Origin: an uncultured Gemmatimonadaceae bacterium
GTDB taxonomy: Bacteria > Gemmatimonadota > Gemmatimonadetes > Gemmatimonadales > Gemmatimonadaceae
Direction: 5' to 3'
DNA length: 64,000 nt
Assembly: GCA_963829055.1 (NCBI GenBank)
Contig: CAWHHI010000003.1
Location: 288,001 to 352,000, forward strand
This document shows positions 9,944 to 22,075 of this stretch, one piece after another; position 1 is the first letter of the stretch, and each line of letters begins with the position of its first letter. The notes under the pieces were generated by a model. It worked only from the letters and a program-made list of their open reading frames with translations, had not been told where the DNA came from and did no database searches. The translations under genes and the position numbers were made by a program.

Positions 9944-10063
9944 GGCGGAGAATCTAGCGATCAGGCCGGAGGAAGGAGGCCGGCGAGGCCAAAGGAAGGA
10001 GGCCTGAGGAAGGAGCTATGTCATCCCGAGCGCAGCGCTTGTCATTACCCAAAACTCTGCGCC

Positions 10064-10294
10064 TCAAGCAGGAGCGCCGCCCCTTCGGCCATCGCCTGCA
10101 GCCGAGGGCACCTTCCCTTCGGGCCAGTTGGCGGGATCCGACCACCGCTTGGCGTTAGGCGGGAGCGTTGTTTCCGCGACTGGGCCGCTGCTGCTGCTCG
10201 TGGGGAGCACTTCGTCGGCGCGCGAACACGCGGCGAGCGTGAGCGGCGAGAACGAGGCGTCGCACTCGCGGCATTCGCGCGAGTTGGGCGACAT
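10064..10294 (-). pseudogene. Truncated 5' end of a G8-domain lipoprotein gene
   Basis: LTLAAC lipobox-like sequence, then RWSDPANWPEGKVP (start of a G8 domain) and an early stop; a palindromic-element half lies at 10019-10037. Confidence 0.45.
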
Positions 10295-10657
10295 GACATC
10301 CGAGGCTACTTCAGACACAAGCGACCTCGACAGTATCGGCACGCCAGCCGCGGTCTTTAGTGATTTGTTGGGATCCAATCGCCACAGGAGGGGTGGTCGG
10401 CGCGAAGTCGCGACTGGTCGGCGGCCCGATGTGATCCTCGTCGCGCGAAATACCGCTACGGCGTTCACAAACCATTACCTGACAATGGCTTACAGCCTTT
10501 CTTCCCCGATGACGAATCGGCCCGCATTTCGGAAACGGGTTGGCGCTGGCGACGCCGCGTCACGAGTATTGCAGCTCGACTTGCACGCAACGAGCGTCGG
10601 ACGTTGGCTGGAGCCGTATGCGTGCCCTGTAACCGGTCCGCTTGTCCCTCCGTACAG

Positions 10658-11390
10658 ATGGCCATGTCGCCTGCATTCCAAGAACAAGTCCCGACGCCGC
10701 CCATTCCGCCGACCCCTCCGGGGCGGCCTGACCGTCATCACCGGGCCCAATGGAGATGTTCAAGTCGTCTTTCAGGACGCGCCGCTCACCGCGCGCGACG
10801 TCCAGGCGCTTCGCCAGCGCGGCAGCGAGCTGTCGCGACAGCTGAACTCGGCCAATGGGCGCCGTGACGAGCTCTCGCGGCAGCTCGAAGACGCGGAGGG
10901 AGTGAATAAAGCCGGCATCGAACAGCGCATCGCGCAGCTCGACCAGCGCATCATGGGGATCGAGGCCGACATCGCGGCCAACGGCCGCCGACTGGCGAGT
11001 GCGCCGGCGAGGGCTCTCCCCGTCAGCAGCGAGTCGTCAGTGCCGGCGCCGTTCGGACTCAGCTCTGACCAGATCACCGGCATCTCGATCGTCGGCACGC
11101 TCTTCGTGCTCTTCCCGCTGTCCGTCGCGATGGCGCGCAACATCTGGCGGCGGGGCTCGCGTCACGCCGCTCCCGTGCAGTCGGCCGAGTCGACACAGCG
11201 CATGGAGCGACTCGAGCAGGCGGTCGACGCCATCGCGATCGAGATCGAACGCGTGTCCGAAGGGCAGCGCTTCGTGACGCGCCTGCTCACCGAGGGCAGC
11301 GCGCCCGCGCTCAGCGTCGGTCAGAAGGCGGCGGAGCCGGTGCGCGTTCCCGACCGCGAAGCGTTACGCGCGTCGCGCGAGATGGGCTGA
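10658..11390 (+). CDS. Coiled-coil single-pass membrane protein (one frameshift near 10722)
   Basis: MAMSPAFQEQVPTPP... continues as LTVITGPNG...; TM segment; C-terminal RMERLEQAVDAIAIEIERVSEGQRFVTRLL. Confidence 0.7.
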
Positions 11391-11486
11391 TATCTTCGGT
11401 ACATCCACTAACGAAGGCTTGCCTAACGTCGGGCACGGAATCACCCGTGCCCGACGCGTCGCGGAGATTGCGGTTCATGAGGAGCC

Positions 11487-11822
11487 ATGAGTAGCAGCTA
11501 TTCGGTCACGCGCCCGACGAAGTACTGCCACGCCTGCGGCACCGTGATCGACGCGTTGGCCGTCGTGTGCCCGCGGTGCGGTGTGGTACAGGGAGCGTTG
11601 ACGCTTCCGGGGTCGGAGAAGCGCATCCTTCCGGCGTTCCTGCTCTGCTTCACGCTCGGTCTCTTCGGCGCCCATCGCTTCTACGCCGGTAAGTTCGGCA
11701 CGGGCGTGCTTCAGCTCCTGACGCTCGGCGGCTTCGGCATCTGGACGCTCATCGACATGATCATGATCATCGTGGGCGCGTTCACGGACAGCGAAGGGGA
11801 GAAGATCGTCGATTGGACATGA
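11487..11822 (+). CDS. Zinc-ribbon plus TM2-domain protein
   Basis: KYCHACG...[49 protein letters not shown]. Confidence 0.9.
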   Translation: MSSSYSVTRPTKYCHACGTVIDALAVVCPRCGVVQGALTLPGSEKRILPAFLLCFTLGLFGAHRFYAGKFGTGVLQLLTLGGFGIWTLIDMIMIIVGAFTDSEGEKIVDWT

Positions 11823-12197
11823 CGGACTCACAGCCGCGGCCGAGGCAATGACGATGGCGATAGCATCTTCGCTGTCGTGGCGCAGCTCGCCCGTCGCGCG
11901 TCGGACGGCCAGCTCGTCCTCGCGGCCGCGGCCGGCATCGCCGCCGCGGCGATCGTGGGTCTCGTGCGCCCGGACTGGTGGTTCGTCGCGCTGCCGCTCC
12001 TCTGCGTCGGCTCGTTCGGCGTGTGGGGAATTGCCGAGCGTACGGCAGCGGAGCGACTGGCGCGCCTGGGCCCGGACTTCGGCGGCCGTCGTGCGCTCAC
12101 GAGCGTGCGCCTGACGGCGGCGGTGGTCGGCACGCTCTCGGGCACGCTCACGCTGCTCGTGATCGTGGCGCGGATGGTTGGGACGTGGAAGAGCTGA
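11819..12197 (+). CDS. Small membrane protein (frameshift near 5' end)
   Basis: ATGA overlap with the TM2 gene; three hydrophobic segments. Confidence 0.6.
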
Positions 12198-12200
12198 AAT

Positions 12201-12310
12201 AGCTATCAGCTATCAGCTATCAGCTCAGCAATGCAGAACCCTCGGGACGTTTCTCGGCCGAGAAGCATCCTGAGGGTTCGCCGTTAGCTGATAGCTGATA
12301 GCTGATAGCC
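12201..12310. repeat. Inverted heptamer repeat hairpin (GCTATCA)n/(TGATAGC)n between convergent genes
   Basis: Arms at 12201-12225 and 12286-12309; inner gaaccctc/gagggttc and ttctcggccgagaa stems. Confidence 0.85.
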
Positions 12311-12317
12311 GACTAGC

Positions 12318-13893
12318 TCAGATCGCCCACCCAGACTCGGTATTCCCTCGTCAGGTACTGATTCGCATCCGCCGCGTTCGTGAACTGCATGTTCGCGCGC
12401 GTCGTAGAGCACCTTCTTGCCCTGACCCGCGCGCAGCGCGGCGATGCCTAACAACATCGTCTCCGTGAGCATCGACGAGTACTCGAACGGCGCGCTCGCC
12501 TTCGCCTCGCCCTTGCACGCCTGCGCGAAGTTCACCTCGTGCGGCACCTCGATGCGCGGGAACGTCTTCGGCACCCGCTCGGCCGCCTTCGCCACGCGAC
12601 TCGGGGTAGACCTTCGGGTTGTTGCCGTACGTCTCGTAGATGAGAATCCCCTTCGAGCCGACGAACACGCCACCGCCACCATCGCCGCGCGGGAGCGTGA
12701 TGTCGTCCGGGAGGAACGGCGGGCGCGGCGGCATGAGGCCGCCGTCGTACCAGTAGCAGCTTCACCGGCGGCTGCGCCGGCCGTGCCGCCGGCCGCGGGC
12801 CGCCCGGCGAACTCGTACTGCACCAGCGTCGCGAGCGGATACGACGCCGGGTTCGTCGCGCCCGCCACCCCACGGCGTCGACGACGACGAGATGCTCGTG
12901 GGATACGTCAGGCCTAAGCGCCCAGAACACCTGATCGATCAGGTGCGCGCCCATGTCACCGATCGCGCCGACGCCGAAGTCCACCCAGCCACGCCAGCTG
13001 AACGGATGATACGCCGGGTGATACGGGATCTCCTTCGCCGGACCGAGGAACAGGTCCCAGTCGAAGCCCGGCGGCGGCGTCTGCGGATTCTCGGCCATCG
13101 CCTTGAGCACCGCGTTGTCCACCGTTCGCATGTTCCATTGTGGCGGCGGCGGCGGACCGTCGGCGGCTGCGTTGCCGTCGTCGGCGCGGCGGCTGCGCGG
13201 CGGAGCGGCGTTAGGCGGGACGCGGACGCGGGATGCCCTGCGCCCAGTAGCGCACCGGGCGATCGGTCCACACGTGCGCCTCGCGCACCGGCCCGATGAT
13301 GCCCGACGCAATCAGCTCGTTGATGCGGCGCGTGCCTTCCATCGAGTGACCCTGATTGCCCATCTGCGTCACGACGCCGGTCGACTTCGCCGTCTTCGCG
13401 AGGAGACGCGCCTCGTACACCGAGTACGTGAGCGGCTTCTGCACGTAGACGTGCTTGCCCGCCTGCATCGCCGCCATCGCGATCACGGCGTGGAGATGAT
13501 CGGGCGTCGCGATGACGACGGCGTCGATGTCCTTCTGCTTGTCGAGCATCTGCCGGAAGTCATCGTACTTCGTCGCCTTCGTGTACGCGTCGCGCAGCTT
13601 CTCCGGCCTCCGGCGTCGGACCGGTCGCGTCCTTCGCGCGGGCGGAGCTCGCCGGCCAGCGAGCGCTCGACGTACGGGAAGTCCACGTCGCAGATCGCGA
13701 CGATGTTCTCGCCGAGGAAGCGCTTCATGTTCTGCATGCCCATGCCGCCAATGCCGACGCAGGCGACGTTCAGCGTCCGACTCGGCGGCTGATAGCCGCG
13801 CCGCCGAGGACGTGGCGTGGGACAATCATCGCGCCGAGCGGCGAGCTTGGCGGTGTCACCGACGAAGTCGCGGCGAGTGTAGCGATTGGACAT
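12318..13893 (-). CDS. Tat-exported Gfo/Idh/MocA oxidoreductase (multiple frameshifts)
   Basis: TRRDF Tat motif, [57 protein letters not shown]. Confidence 0.9.
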
Positions 13894-14153
13894 GACGGAT
13901 CCCCGGATGGGAGTGGCTCGGCGATAGTTCCGGCGGACTATACGTCGTCGGTGCACACGCGGGACGACGGGAGACTGGCAGACGTGCCGGTGCAGACTGG
14001 GATGACTGGGAGACGTCGGCAGACGTGGAACCCTCGGGATGGCATCTCGCTCAGCGGGATCGAGCAGTCCCGGAGCTCGCACGTCTCCGCATCCTGTCGT
14101 AGTTGCCGTTCCCGTTGCCGTCATCCGCCAATCCTGTCCCGCTCGTCGGCAGT

Positions 14154-15344
14154 CTAGTCGCTCGTCATGATGAACAGCGGCGCTCCATCGAACTCGTAGA
14201 TCGGCCGCAGCCGCTCCGTGTTGTAGTACTTCGGCACGTCCACGACCTTCTTCTCCGACGTCACGCTCGTGATCGGCACGCTGTCGTAGAACCCTTTGTG
14301 GATGCTGACGAGTCGTCCGTACTGCTTCTTGAGGATCAGGTCGAGCGCGAGATTGCCGAACGCCATCGGCACGATCGAGTCGAGCGCGTCGGGGTCACCC
14401 GAGCGAACGAGGTAGCCGAGCCGCTGGTTCACGACGTCGATGCGACGGCCGTTGTTGTACTTCGGCGAGTACTCCTTGAGCGCCGCGGCGACCTTGTCGC
14501 CAATGCCCGCCGAGCTTGCGGTGGCCGAACATGTCCACGTCCTCGCCCTCGAAGCTCATCCCCTCCTGCGACGTTAGGCGCGCCCCTTCCGACACCAGCA
14601 CCACGGAGTAGCGGCTCGGGTTGCCGATTGCGGTCGTACGTCAGCAGCTCCGCCAGATGCTCGACGTCGACGGCATGCTCGGGGATGACGCAACGGTCGG
14701 CGGCGCCGGCCATCGTCGGGAGCAGCGCGGTGAAGCCCGCGTACCGGCCGAACACTTCGATCACGAGAAAGCGCTCGTGCGAGCCGGCCGACGTGCGCAG
14801 GCTGTGCGTGAGCTCGATCGTGCGCGTGACGCACGTGCTGAAGCCGATGCAGTAGTCGGTGCCGTAGACGTCGTTGTCCATCGTCTTCGGGATCGCCACG
14901 ACGTTCACGCCCTCGTCGTGCAGTCGCTTGCCGTAGCTCAGCGTGTCGTCGCCACCGATCGGGATCAGCGTGTCGACGCCGATGTGCTCGAGGTTCTTGA
15001 GAACGTCCTTCGTGATGTCGTTGACCGTGTCTGTCGTAGCCGGTCAGTGCTGCGGCACGCGCTCTCGCGGCAGATGGCTCGGCCGCGTGCGCGACGTGTG
15101 GAGGAACGTGCCGCCGGTGCGACCGGCGCGGTTCACGATCGCCTCCGACAGCTCCTGCACGTTGTCGGTGTTGTCGGCGCCTTTCTCGCGCTCGTAATCC
15201 ACGAGCCCGGCCCAGCCGCGCCGGATGCCGACGCACGCGGTAGCCCTCGCGCAGCGCGCGGATCGTGATGGCGCGGATCGCCGGGTTGAGACCTGGCACG
15301 TCGCCGCCACCGGTCAGTATCGCGATCGTCCCCTTATCTGACAT
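14154..15344 (-). CDS. pfkA: 6-phosphofructokinase, group III, with PPi-dependent signature (frameshifted)
   Basis: [51 protein letters not shown]. Confidence 0.9.
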
Positions 15345-15524
15345 GCACGCTTCTCGTTGACTTGTAATGCGGAGGCGATTCCGTGGGAGTGCTGTCGAAG
15401 CAGCTGAACGGAGTCGCCGGCACAGGCGTATCTACGGTGTGCGTCCGCGGTCTATGCGCCAGCATGGTCGTGCGCTCGCGGTGCAACTGCTGGCCGCTCC
15501 CCACCCATCACGTTCCCCGACCAC

Positions 15525-17627
15525 GTGAGCTTGTTCATGTCCAGCGCTTCCTTCCGTTCTCCGGTTCGTCTTGCCGCCATCGTCGCTGCGCTCTGCGTCG
15601 CGGCGGCGTCCTCGGCGGTCGCGCAACGCGCGTCAAAGGTTCTCGACCGCGCGAATCTCGACACCACCTGTGCGCCGTGCACGGACTTCTACCAGTTCGC
15701 GAACGGTGCGTGGCTTACGCAACCACACCATTCCTCCCGACAAGAGCGGACTCGGCAGCTTCGGAATGCTGAGCGACAAGAACCAGGAGGTCGTTCAGAA
15801 AATCGTCATCGACGACGCGAGCCTCGCACGCGACGGCGAGACCAAGCAGGGCACGAACGAGTGGAAGATCGGCACGTTCTACATGGCGTGCATGGACACC
15901 ACTTCCCTCGACGCCGCTGGCTTCAAACCCATCAAGCCGCTGCTCGATGCGATCGCGGCCGCGAAGACCACGGACGATGTGGTGAAGCTATTCGGCAATA
16001 GACGCGGTGGGGGAGGTGGCGGCGGCGGGCGCGGCGGTGGCGGCGGCTTCGCCCCCTTCGGTCTCGGCCCACAGACTGATCCGAGAAACAGCACGATGGT
16101 CATTCTGTCGGCGAATCAGGGCGGGCTCATCCTGAACCGCGAGGACTACCTCGATACGAACGACCGCGCGACGAAGCGGCGGCAGCAGTACACCGCGCAC
16201 GTTGCGCGATCGCTGCAGCTCATCGGCGAGTCGGAGGCGCAGGCCAAGGCCGATGCGCGACTCGATCCTCGCGCTCGAGACGAGGATCGCGAAGATCTCG
16301 ATCCCGCAGGCGGACCTGCGCGACCCGAACGCGACGTACCACAAGATGACGCTGGCCGAGTTCGGGGCGATGACGCCGCACTTGAACTGGACGCGGTACC
16401 TCGCAGCAGCAGGGCGCGAAGACGACGGCCGACGTGAACGTCCGCACACCGACGTTCTTCACCGCGCTCGATTCGCTCGTGCCCGCGGTGTCGGTGGATA
16501 CCTGGAAGGCGTACCTGCGCTGGCATGCGACGAGCGGCGCGATGGGCTCGCTCAGCTCGCCGTTCCGGAAGGAAGCGTTCCGCTGGCAGCAGGTGACCAC
16601 CGGCGTGCAGCAGCCCGAGCCGCGGCTCAAGCAGTGCGCTGCCGCGACGAACGCGGCGTTAGGCGAGGCCGTCGGCGAGGACTGGGTCAAGCGCAACTTC
16701 ACGCCCGCCGCCAAGGCGCGCGCGACGAAGATGGTGGACAACCTCGTGTCGGCGCTGCGCGATCGCATCCGCCAGCTCGACTGGATGAGCGAGCCGACGA
16801 AAGTCCAGGCGGTCGCGAAGCTGGACGCGTTCCTCCGCAAGGTCGCGTACCCGGACAAGTGGCGCGACTACTCGACGCTCGCGATCGTGCCCGGCTCGTA
16901 CTTCGAGAACCAGCGCGCCGTCGCCGAATGGAACTCGGCTCGCAGCTGGGCGCGGGTCGGCAAGGCGCCGGACCGCAGCGAGTGGAGCATGACGCCGCCG
17001 ACGGTGAACGCGTCGTACAGCTCGTCGCTCAACCAGATCCAGTTCCCAGCGGGCATCCTGCAGCCGCCGTTCTTCGATCCGAACGCCGACGACGCCGTCA
17101 ACTACGGCGCGATGGGCGCCGTCATCGGACACGAGATGACGCACGGCTTCGACGACTCCGGCCGGCAGTTCGACGCGAAGGGCAACCTGCGCGACTGGTG
17201 GACGCCGGAGGATGCCGCGAAGTACAAGTCAGCCGCACAGCTCGTCGTCGATCAGTTCAACGGCTTCACGGTCGTCGACGACCAGTCGCACGTGAACGGC
17301 CGCCTGACGTTAGGCGAGAACATCGCCGACCTGGGCGGTCTGACGGTCGCGTACTTCGCGCTGCACAAGGCGATCGGCGACAAACCGCAGCCGAAGATCG
17401 ACGGCTTCACGCCCGAGCAGCGGTTCTTCCTCGCGTGGGCGCAGATCTGGCGCGAGCTGCAGCGGCCGGAGGCGGTGCTCCAGAACCTGAAGACGAACCC
17501 GCACTCGCCGGGCAAGTGGCGCGTCAACGGACCGCTGGCGAACATGCCGGAGTTCAAGGCGGCCTGGGGATGCAAGGAGGGCGACGCAATGGTGCGCCCC
17601 GACAGCCTGCGGGCGAGAATCTGGTAA
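15525..17627 (+). CDS. M13 family metallopeptidase (frameshifted)
   Basis: Signal peptide, PCTDFYQFANG.W, VNASY, FPAGILQPPFF, GHEMTHGFD, GENIADLGG, PHSP. Confidence 0.95.
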
Positions 17628-17639
17628 CGAGCGCGGAGC

Positions 17640-17675
17640 AGCGAAGGCCGGGTCCGAACGGACCCGGCCTTCGCT
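17640..17675 (+). terminator. GC-rich hairpin after the M13 peptidase
   Basis: agcgaaggccgggtccg-aa-cggacccggccttcgct perfect 17-bp stem; weak U-tract. Confidence 0.65.
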
Positions 17676-17725
17676 TCACCCTGATATGCGCGATACCGCG
17701 CAACGACTCGCGCGGAGTCACTGGA

Positions 17726-17959
17726 ATGAACGAGGACGTCTTCAACCTCGACCTGCGAAAGTTCCTCAAGCGCTTCGGCGTGACCGCGCAGCGCGAGATC
17801 GAGCGCTCCGTCACGGAAGCGATCGAGAACGGGACGCTCACCGGTTCGGAGACGCTGTCCGTCCGCGCCACGCTCACGATCCCCGACGTGCTCGGCGAGC
17901 TGCGCATCGACGGTGAGATCGGGCTCGCGCGCACGTCCTCGCCCGAGCCCGGCGCCTAG
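17726..17959 (+). CDS. DUF6494 family protein
   Basis: MNEDVFNLDLRKFLKRFGVTAQREIERSV...L.G.E.L.VRA.L. Confidence 0.85.
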   Translation: MNEDVFNLDLRKFLKRFGVTAQREIERSVTEAIENGTLTGSETLSVRATLTIPDVLGELRIDGEIGLARTSSPEPGA

Positions 17960-17960
17960 G

Positions 17961-18120
17961 GTCATTCCGAGCGGCGGGTTGTCATTCCGAGCGACGAGCC
18001 GAGTGCCACGAAGGGGCGCAGTCGAGGAATCGCGATCGGTGCCTGGATAGAGAGCTCTCTACCGTAGCACGCCAAGCGATTCCTCGACTGCGCGCCTTCG
18101 CGGCTTCGCTCGGAATGACA
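17961..18120. repeat. GTCATYCCGAGC palindromic element
   Basis: Two GTCATTCCGAGCG left arms, GCTCGGAATGACA right arm, GCGCAGTCGAGGAATCGC/GCGATTCCTCGACTGCGC inner stem. Confidence 0.9.
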
Positions 18121-18122
18121 GC

Positions 18123-20833
18123 TCAGTCGCTCCGCAGCGCGACCATCGGGTCCACGCGCGCGGCGCGGCGCGCGGGAATGAGACACGCACCGATCGCCAC
18201 GAGCCCGAGCAGCGTCGGGACGGCAATGAACACCGCCGGATCGTTCGGCGTCACGCCGAAGAGGAATCCGGCCAGCACCCGGCTCGCGCCGAGCGCGCCG
18301 ATGATGCCTAACGCCACGCCGGCGGCCGCGAGCGTGCCGCCTTCGCGCAGCACCATCCCGAGCACGTCGCGTCGCGCGAGCGCCGAGCGCCATGCGGACG
18401 CCGATCTCGCGCGTGCGCCGCACGACGGCGTAGGCCACCACGCCGTAGATGCCCGACGGCGCCAAGGGTAAGCGCCACCGCCGCGAACGTCGCCAGCAGC
18501 AGCATCGTGAAGCGCGCTCGCGCGGCGGAGTTGGACACGAGGTCCTCGAGCGGCCGCACCGCGTTCACGGGAACGTGGGATCGACGGCGGCGACGGCGCC
18601 GCGAAGCCGCGACGTGAGCGTCGCGAGAGATCGCCCGTCGCCGCGCACCACGAGCGTCATCTGCGTCGGAGAAGCTGAACCCGGCGATGTCTCCCCATCG
18701 GGAGATACACGCTCACCTCCCCGGCGCTGCTCAGGCTGTCACGCTTCACCGTCCCGACGACACCCGACGACCGTCATCCACGACTTCACCCAGACCGGCC
18801 GGAATCGCTGGCCGATAGCGCTCGGCGTTAGGCCAGAGACGCCGGGCGGTGAGCTCGTCCACGAGCGCGACCGCCGGATGCACCCGATCGCGATCCGCCG
18901 CGCCGAAGCCTCGTCCGCGAAGGAGCGGAATGCCCGATCGTCTTGAAGTAGTCGTCGCTCACGACGGTGCGCACGAGCATCGGTGCCGAGCGCGCCCGGC
19001 GGCAGCGGGATTCGCCTCGATGCTCGGACGCGAACGAGCTCTGCATGCTGCCCGTCGCCACCGAATGGCAGCACGCTCGCGACGGCCGCGGACGTCACGC
19101 CCGGCATCGTGCGCGCCCGCTCGAGCACCGCCTCGTAGAACGCCGTGCGCGCGCACCGCGGTGTCCGACGGGAAGCTCGGAATCGGAATGTCCGCCGCGA
19201 TCACCTGCTCGGGACGAAAGCCCAGCTCGACCTGGTGCAGCCGCCAGAAGCTCTTGATGAGCAGCCCCGCACCAGCGACGAGCACGACGCCGAGCGCGAT
19301 CTGCGCGACGACGAGCCACTCCGAGAGTCGGCGCCGCGCGAGACGTGCCGCCCGCATTGCGCGTGGCACCGAGCACCGCCTGGAGCGTCGGCCGTGATGC
19401 GCGGAGTGCCGGCGCGAGCCCGAACGTCAGGCCCGTCGCGAGCGCGGTGACCATCGTGAACGCGAGCACGCGCAGTCGATCGCGACTTCGGTGACGCGCG
19501 GCATGCCGGCCGGCAGCAGCAGGAGGAGCGCGCGAACGCCAGCCGCCGCCGACCGCCGAGTCCGAGCGCGCCACCGACGCAGCGCCGAGCATGACGCTCT
19601 CGGTGAGCAGCTGCCTAACGATGCGACCTCGGCCGGCTCCGAGCGACGCGCGGATCGCGATCTCGCGCTCGCGCGCGGCCGCGCGACTCAGCAGCAGGTT
19701 CGCGACGTTGACGCAGGCGATGAGCAGCACGACCGCGACTGAGCCGAACAGCACGACGAGCATCGGCCCCACGTCACCCATCGACCTTGCGCTCGAGCGG
19801 CACGACCGTGACGCCCGTCCCCCACGCGTCCGGCATCCGCCACGGGAACGACGCTGCGGCTCCGGTCCACGAGCATGGCGATCTCCTGCTCGCGCCTGCG
19901 CTAACGCTCACGCCGCGCCGGAGCCGGCCGATGACGTTGAGGTGACTCGTGCCCCAGTACCGGACCGATGTTCGCCGGCGACGCGTCGAGCGACACCGGT
20001 ACCCAGAAGTCGACTGCCGGCGACGGAAAGCGGAAGCCGCCGGCATGACGCCGACGACGGTGCGCGCGATGCCATCGACGATCACTGATCGGCCAATGAC
20101 GCTCCGGTCGCCACCGAAGCGCTGCTGCCAGAGCGCGTGCCCGAGCACGGCGACGCGGTCGCGGCCCGGCAGGTCCTCGCCCTCGAGCAACGTGCGGCCG
20201 ACCTCCGCCGTCACGCCGAGCACGTCGAAGAAGCGGCTCGTGACCTCGGACTGCACGAGGCGCGCCGGCTCCGACTGCGCCGGTCATGCTCACGGCGACG
20301 TACCACCCGAATAGCCGGCGATCGGCATCGAGCGTCCGCGTCCCGTCGCGCACCTCGCACGAACACGCCCGGCATCATGGCGCCCTCGGGCCACACGCTG
20401 ACGAGCCGATCCGGGTCGGCGTACGGAAGCGACTTGAGCAGCGCCGCGTCGACGACCGAGAAGATCGCCGCGTTGGCACCGATGCCGAACGCCAGCGTGA
20501 GGACGGTGATGACGAGGAAGGACGGACGGCCGTGGCAGCGCGCGCGTGGCGAAACGCACGTCCTGCCGCAGCGCCTCCCACCAATCCGCGCGGCGCTCGC
20601 GCTCGACGCGACCGCGATCGATCGCCGCGATCTCGTCGCGCGCGGCGCGGAGGTCACCGAACTCCGTGCGCGCCTGCGCTTCGGCTGCCTCGACGCGTGA
20701 GGCCGCGCGACATGAGCACCTCGATGCGCGTCTCGACGTGGAACGCGAGCTCGTCGTCGACCTCGCGCTCCACGTCGCGCGACGCGCCGCCGGCTGGCGC
20801 AGCAATTTCCGAATACCGGATCCCAGATCTCAT
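18123..20833 (-). CDS. ADOP-type duplicated ABC permease (MacB/FtsX domains; heavily frameshifted)
   Basis: [13 protein letters not shown] prefix, [57 protein letters not shown]. Confidence 0.9.
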
Positions 20834-20852
20834 GCGTGTATCTCCCTCGGGC

Positions 20853-21192
20853 TCACGATGCCGCTCGCAGCACCTTGAACACCGCCTCGGCGTACGTGCG
20901 TCCAGCGCGTCGTCTCGGCGCGGAGCTGCGCGCGGCCTCGCGTGGTGAGCTGGTAGTACTTCGCCTTGCGGTTGTTCTCGGAGAGTCCCCACTCGGACTC
21001 CACCCAGCCCGCGGTCCTCGAGTCGGTGCAGCGCGACGTAGAGCGCGCGGTCCTCGACGTTCAGCGTCTCGTCCGACGTCTCGCGAATCCAGTCGCGACG
21101 GCGTAGCCGTGTCGTGGCCCGAAGACGAGCGCCTTGAGCACCAGCACGTCGAGCGTGCCCTGGAGGAGTGCGAGGTCACCGGCTGGCGGCAT
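20853..21192 (-). CDS. PadR-family regulator, acidobacterial type (frameshifted)
   Basis: LLQGTLDVLVLKAL..GPRHGY...ALYVALHRLE...SEWGLSENNRKAKYYQLT. Confidence 0.9.
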
Positions 21193-21198
21193 TGGCGA

Positions 21199-21249
21199 TT
21201 CCCCGGAAATGTTCCGGGGAAGGGTGCGCAGAAATCCCCGGACGGTCAA
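21199..21249 (-). promoter_or_regulatory. Putative PadR operator and -35 element
   Basis: TTCCCCGGAA-atg-TTCCGGGGAA at 21199-21221, 6 nt from the start codon; extra half-site TCCCCGGA at 21235-21242; minus-strand TTGACC at 21244-21249. Confidence 0.7.
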
Positions 21250-21408
21250 GCTACGCGAGACATCAGACACTCGACATCCGCGGAGGGTTGGCTCGAGCGT
21301 GAACGCGCTCGAGGTGGACACGCTTCGTGCGGCATCACAGTAGCGTCCGAATCGGGACGCGAGATCGGATCCCGAGCCACCCGTCGTTCCGCTCACGGAG
21401 GGCCAGCC

Positions 21409-21939
21409 ATGACCGAGTACGCCCGTCGCTCCATCGTCGACCGGATGAGAGGGGCCGCGCTGCTCGACGTCGCTACCTATGAGGAAGTCGAGCACGACAA
21501 CGAGGCGACCGGTCAGGCGGCGGTGGTCGTGGTCATCGTCGCCGATCTGCACGGCGATCGGCGCGGTCTGGCGCGGTGGTCCGTCGATCATCATCGGCGC
21601 CGATCAGGCGCGGTGCTCGGCGTGGCTGTTCTGGTCGGCGATGACCTACGTGATCGGCGACAAGCTGCTGGGCGGCACGGCGACGTGGGGCGAGCTGCTC
21701 CGCACGATCGGGTTCGCGCAGGCACCGGGCGTGCTCATGATCTTCGGGATCATCCCGATCCTCGGCGGGCTGGTGCGCGCGGTGGTCGCGGTCTGGCTGC
21801 TGTTCACCGGCGATCGTCGCGATTCGTCAGGCGCTCGATTTCTCGACGGGGAAGGCGATTCTGACGGCGTTTCTCGGGTGGATCGCAATGGTCGCGCTGA
21901 CGTTTCTCACCGGCGGCGGGCGGCTGGTTCCGGATGTGA
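21409..21939 (+). CDS. Yip1-family membrane protein (frameshifted; 3' end approximate)
   Basis: DRMRGAALLDVATYEEVEHD..ATGQA, TWGELLRTIGFAQAPG, AIRQALDFSTGKAI. Confidence 0.8.
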
Positions 21940-21941
21940 GC

Positions 21942-22070
21942 TGTCATTCCGAGCGGAGCGAGGTCCGCGATCGCGGTAGAGGGTCGCCTGACGCGGCAGA
22001 GGGATCGCTGCATCGTCCGGTAGCGAGCCCTCGATCGCGACGTCGGATTCCTCGGCTCGCTCGGAATGAC
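21942..22070. repeat. GTCATYCCGAGC palindromic element
   Basis: TGTCATTCCGAGCG ... CGCTCGGAATGAC between convergent genes. Confidence 0.85.
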
Positions 22071-22075
22071 GTCCG

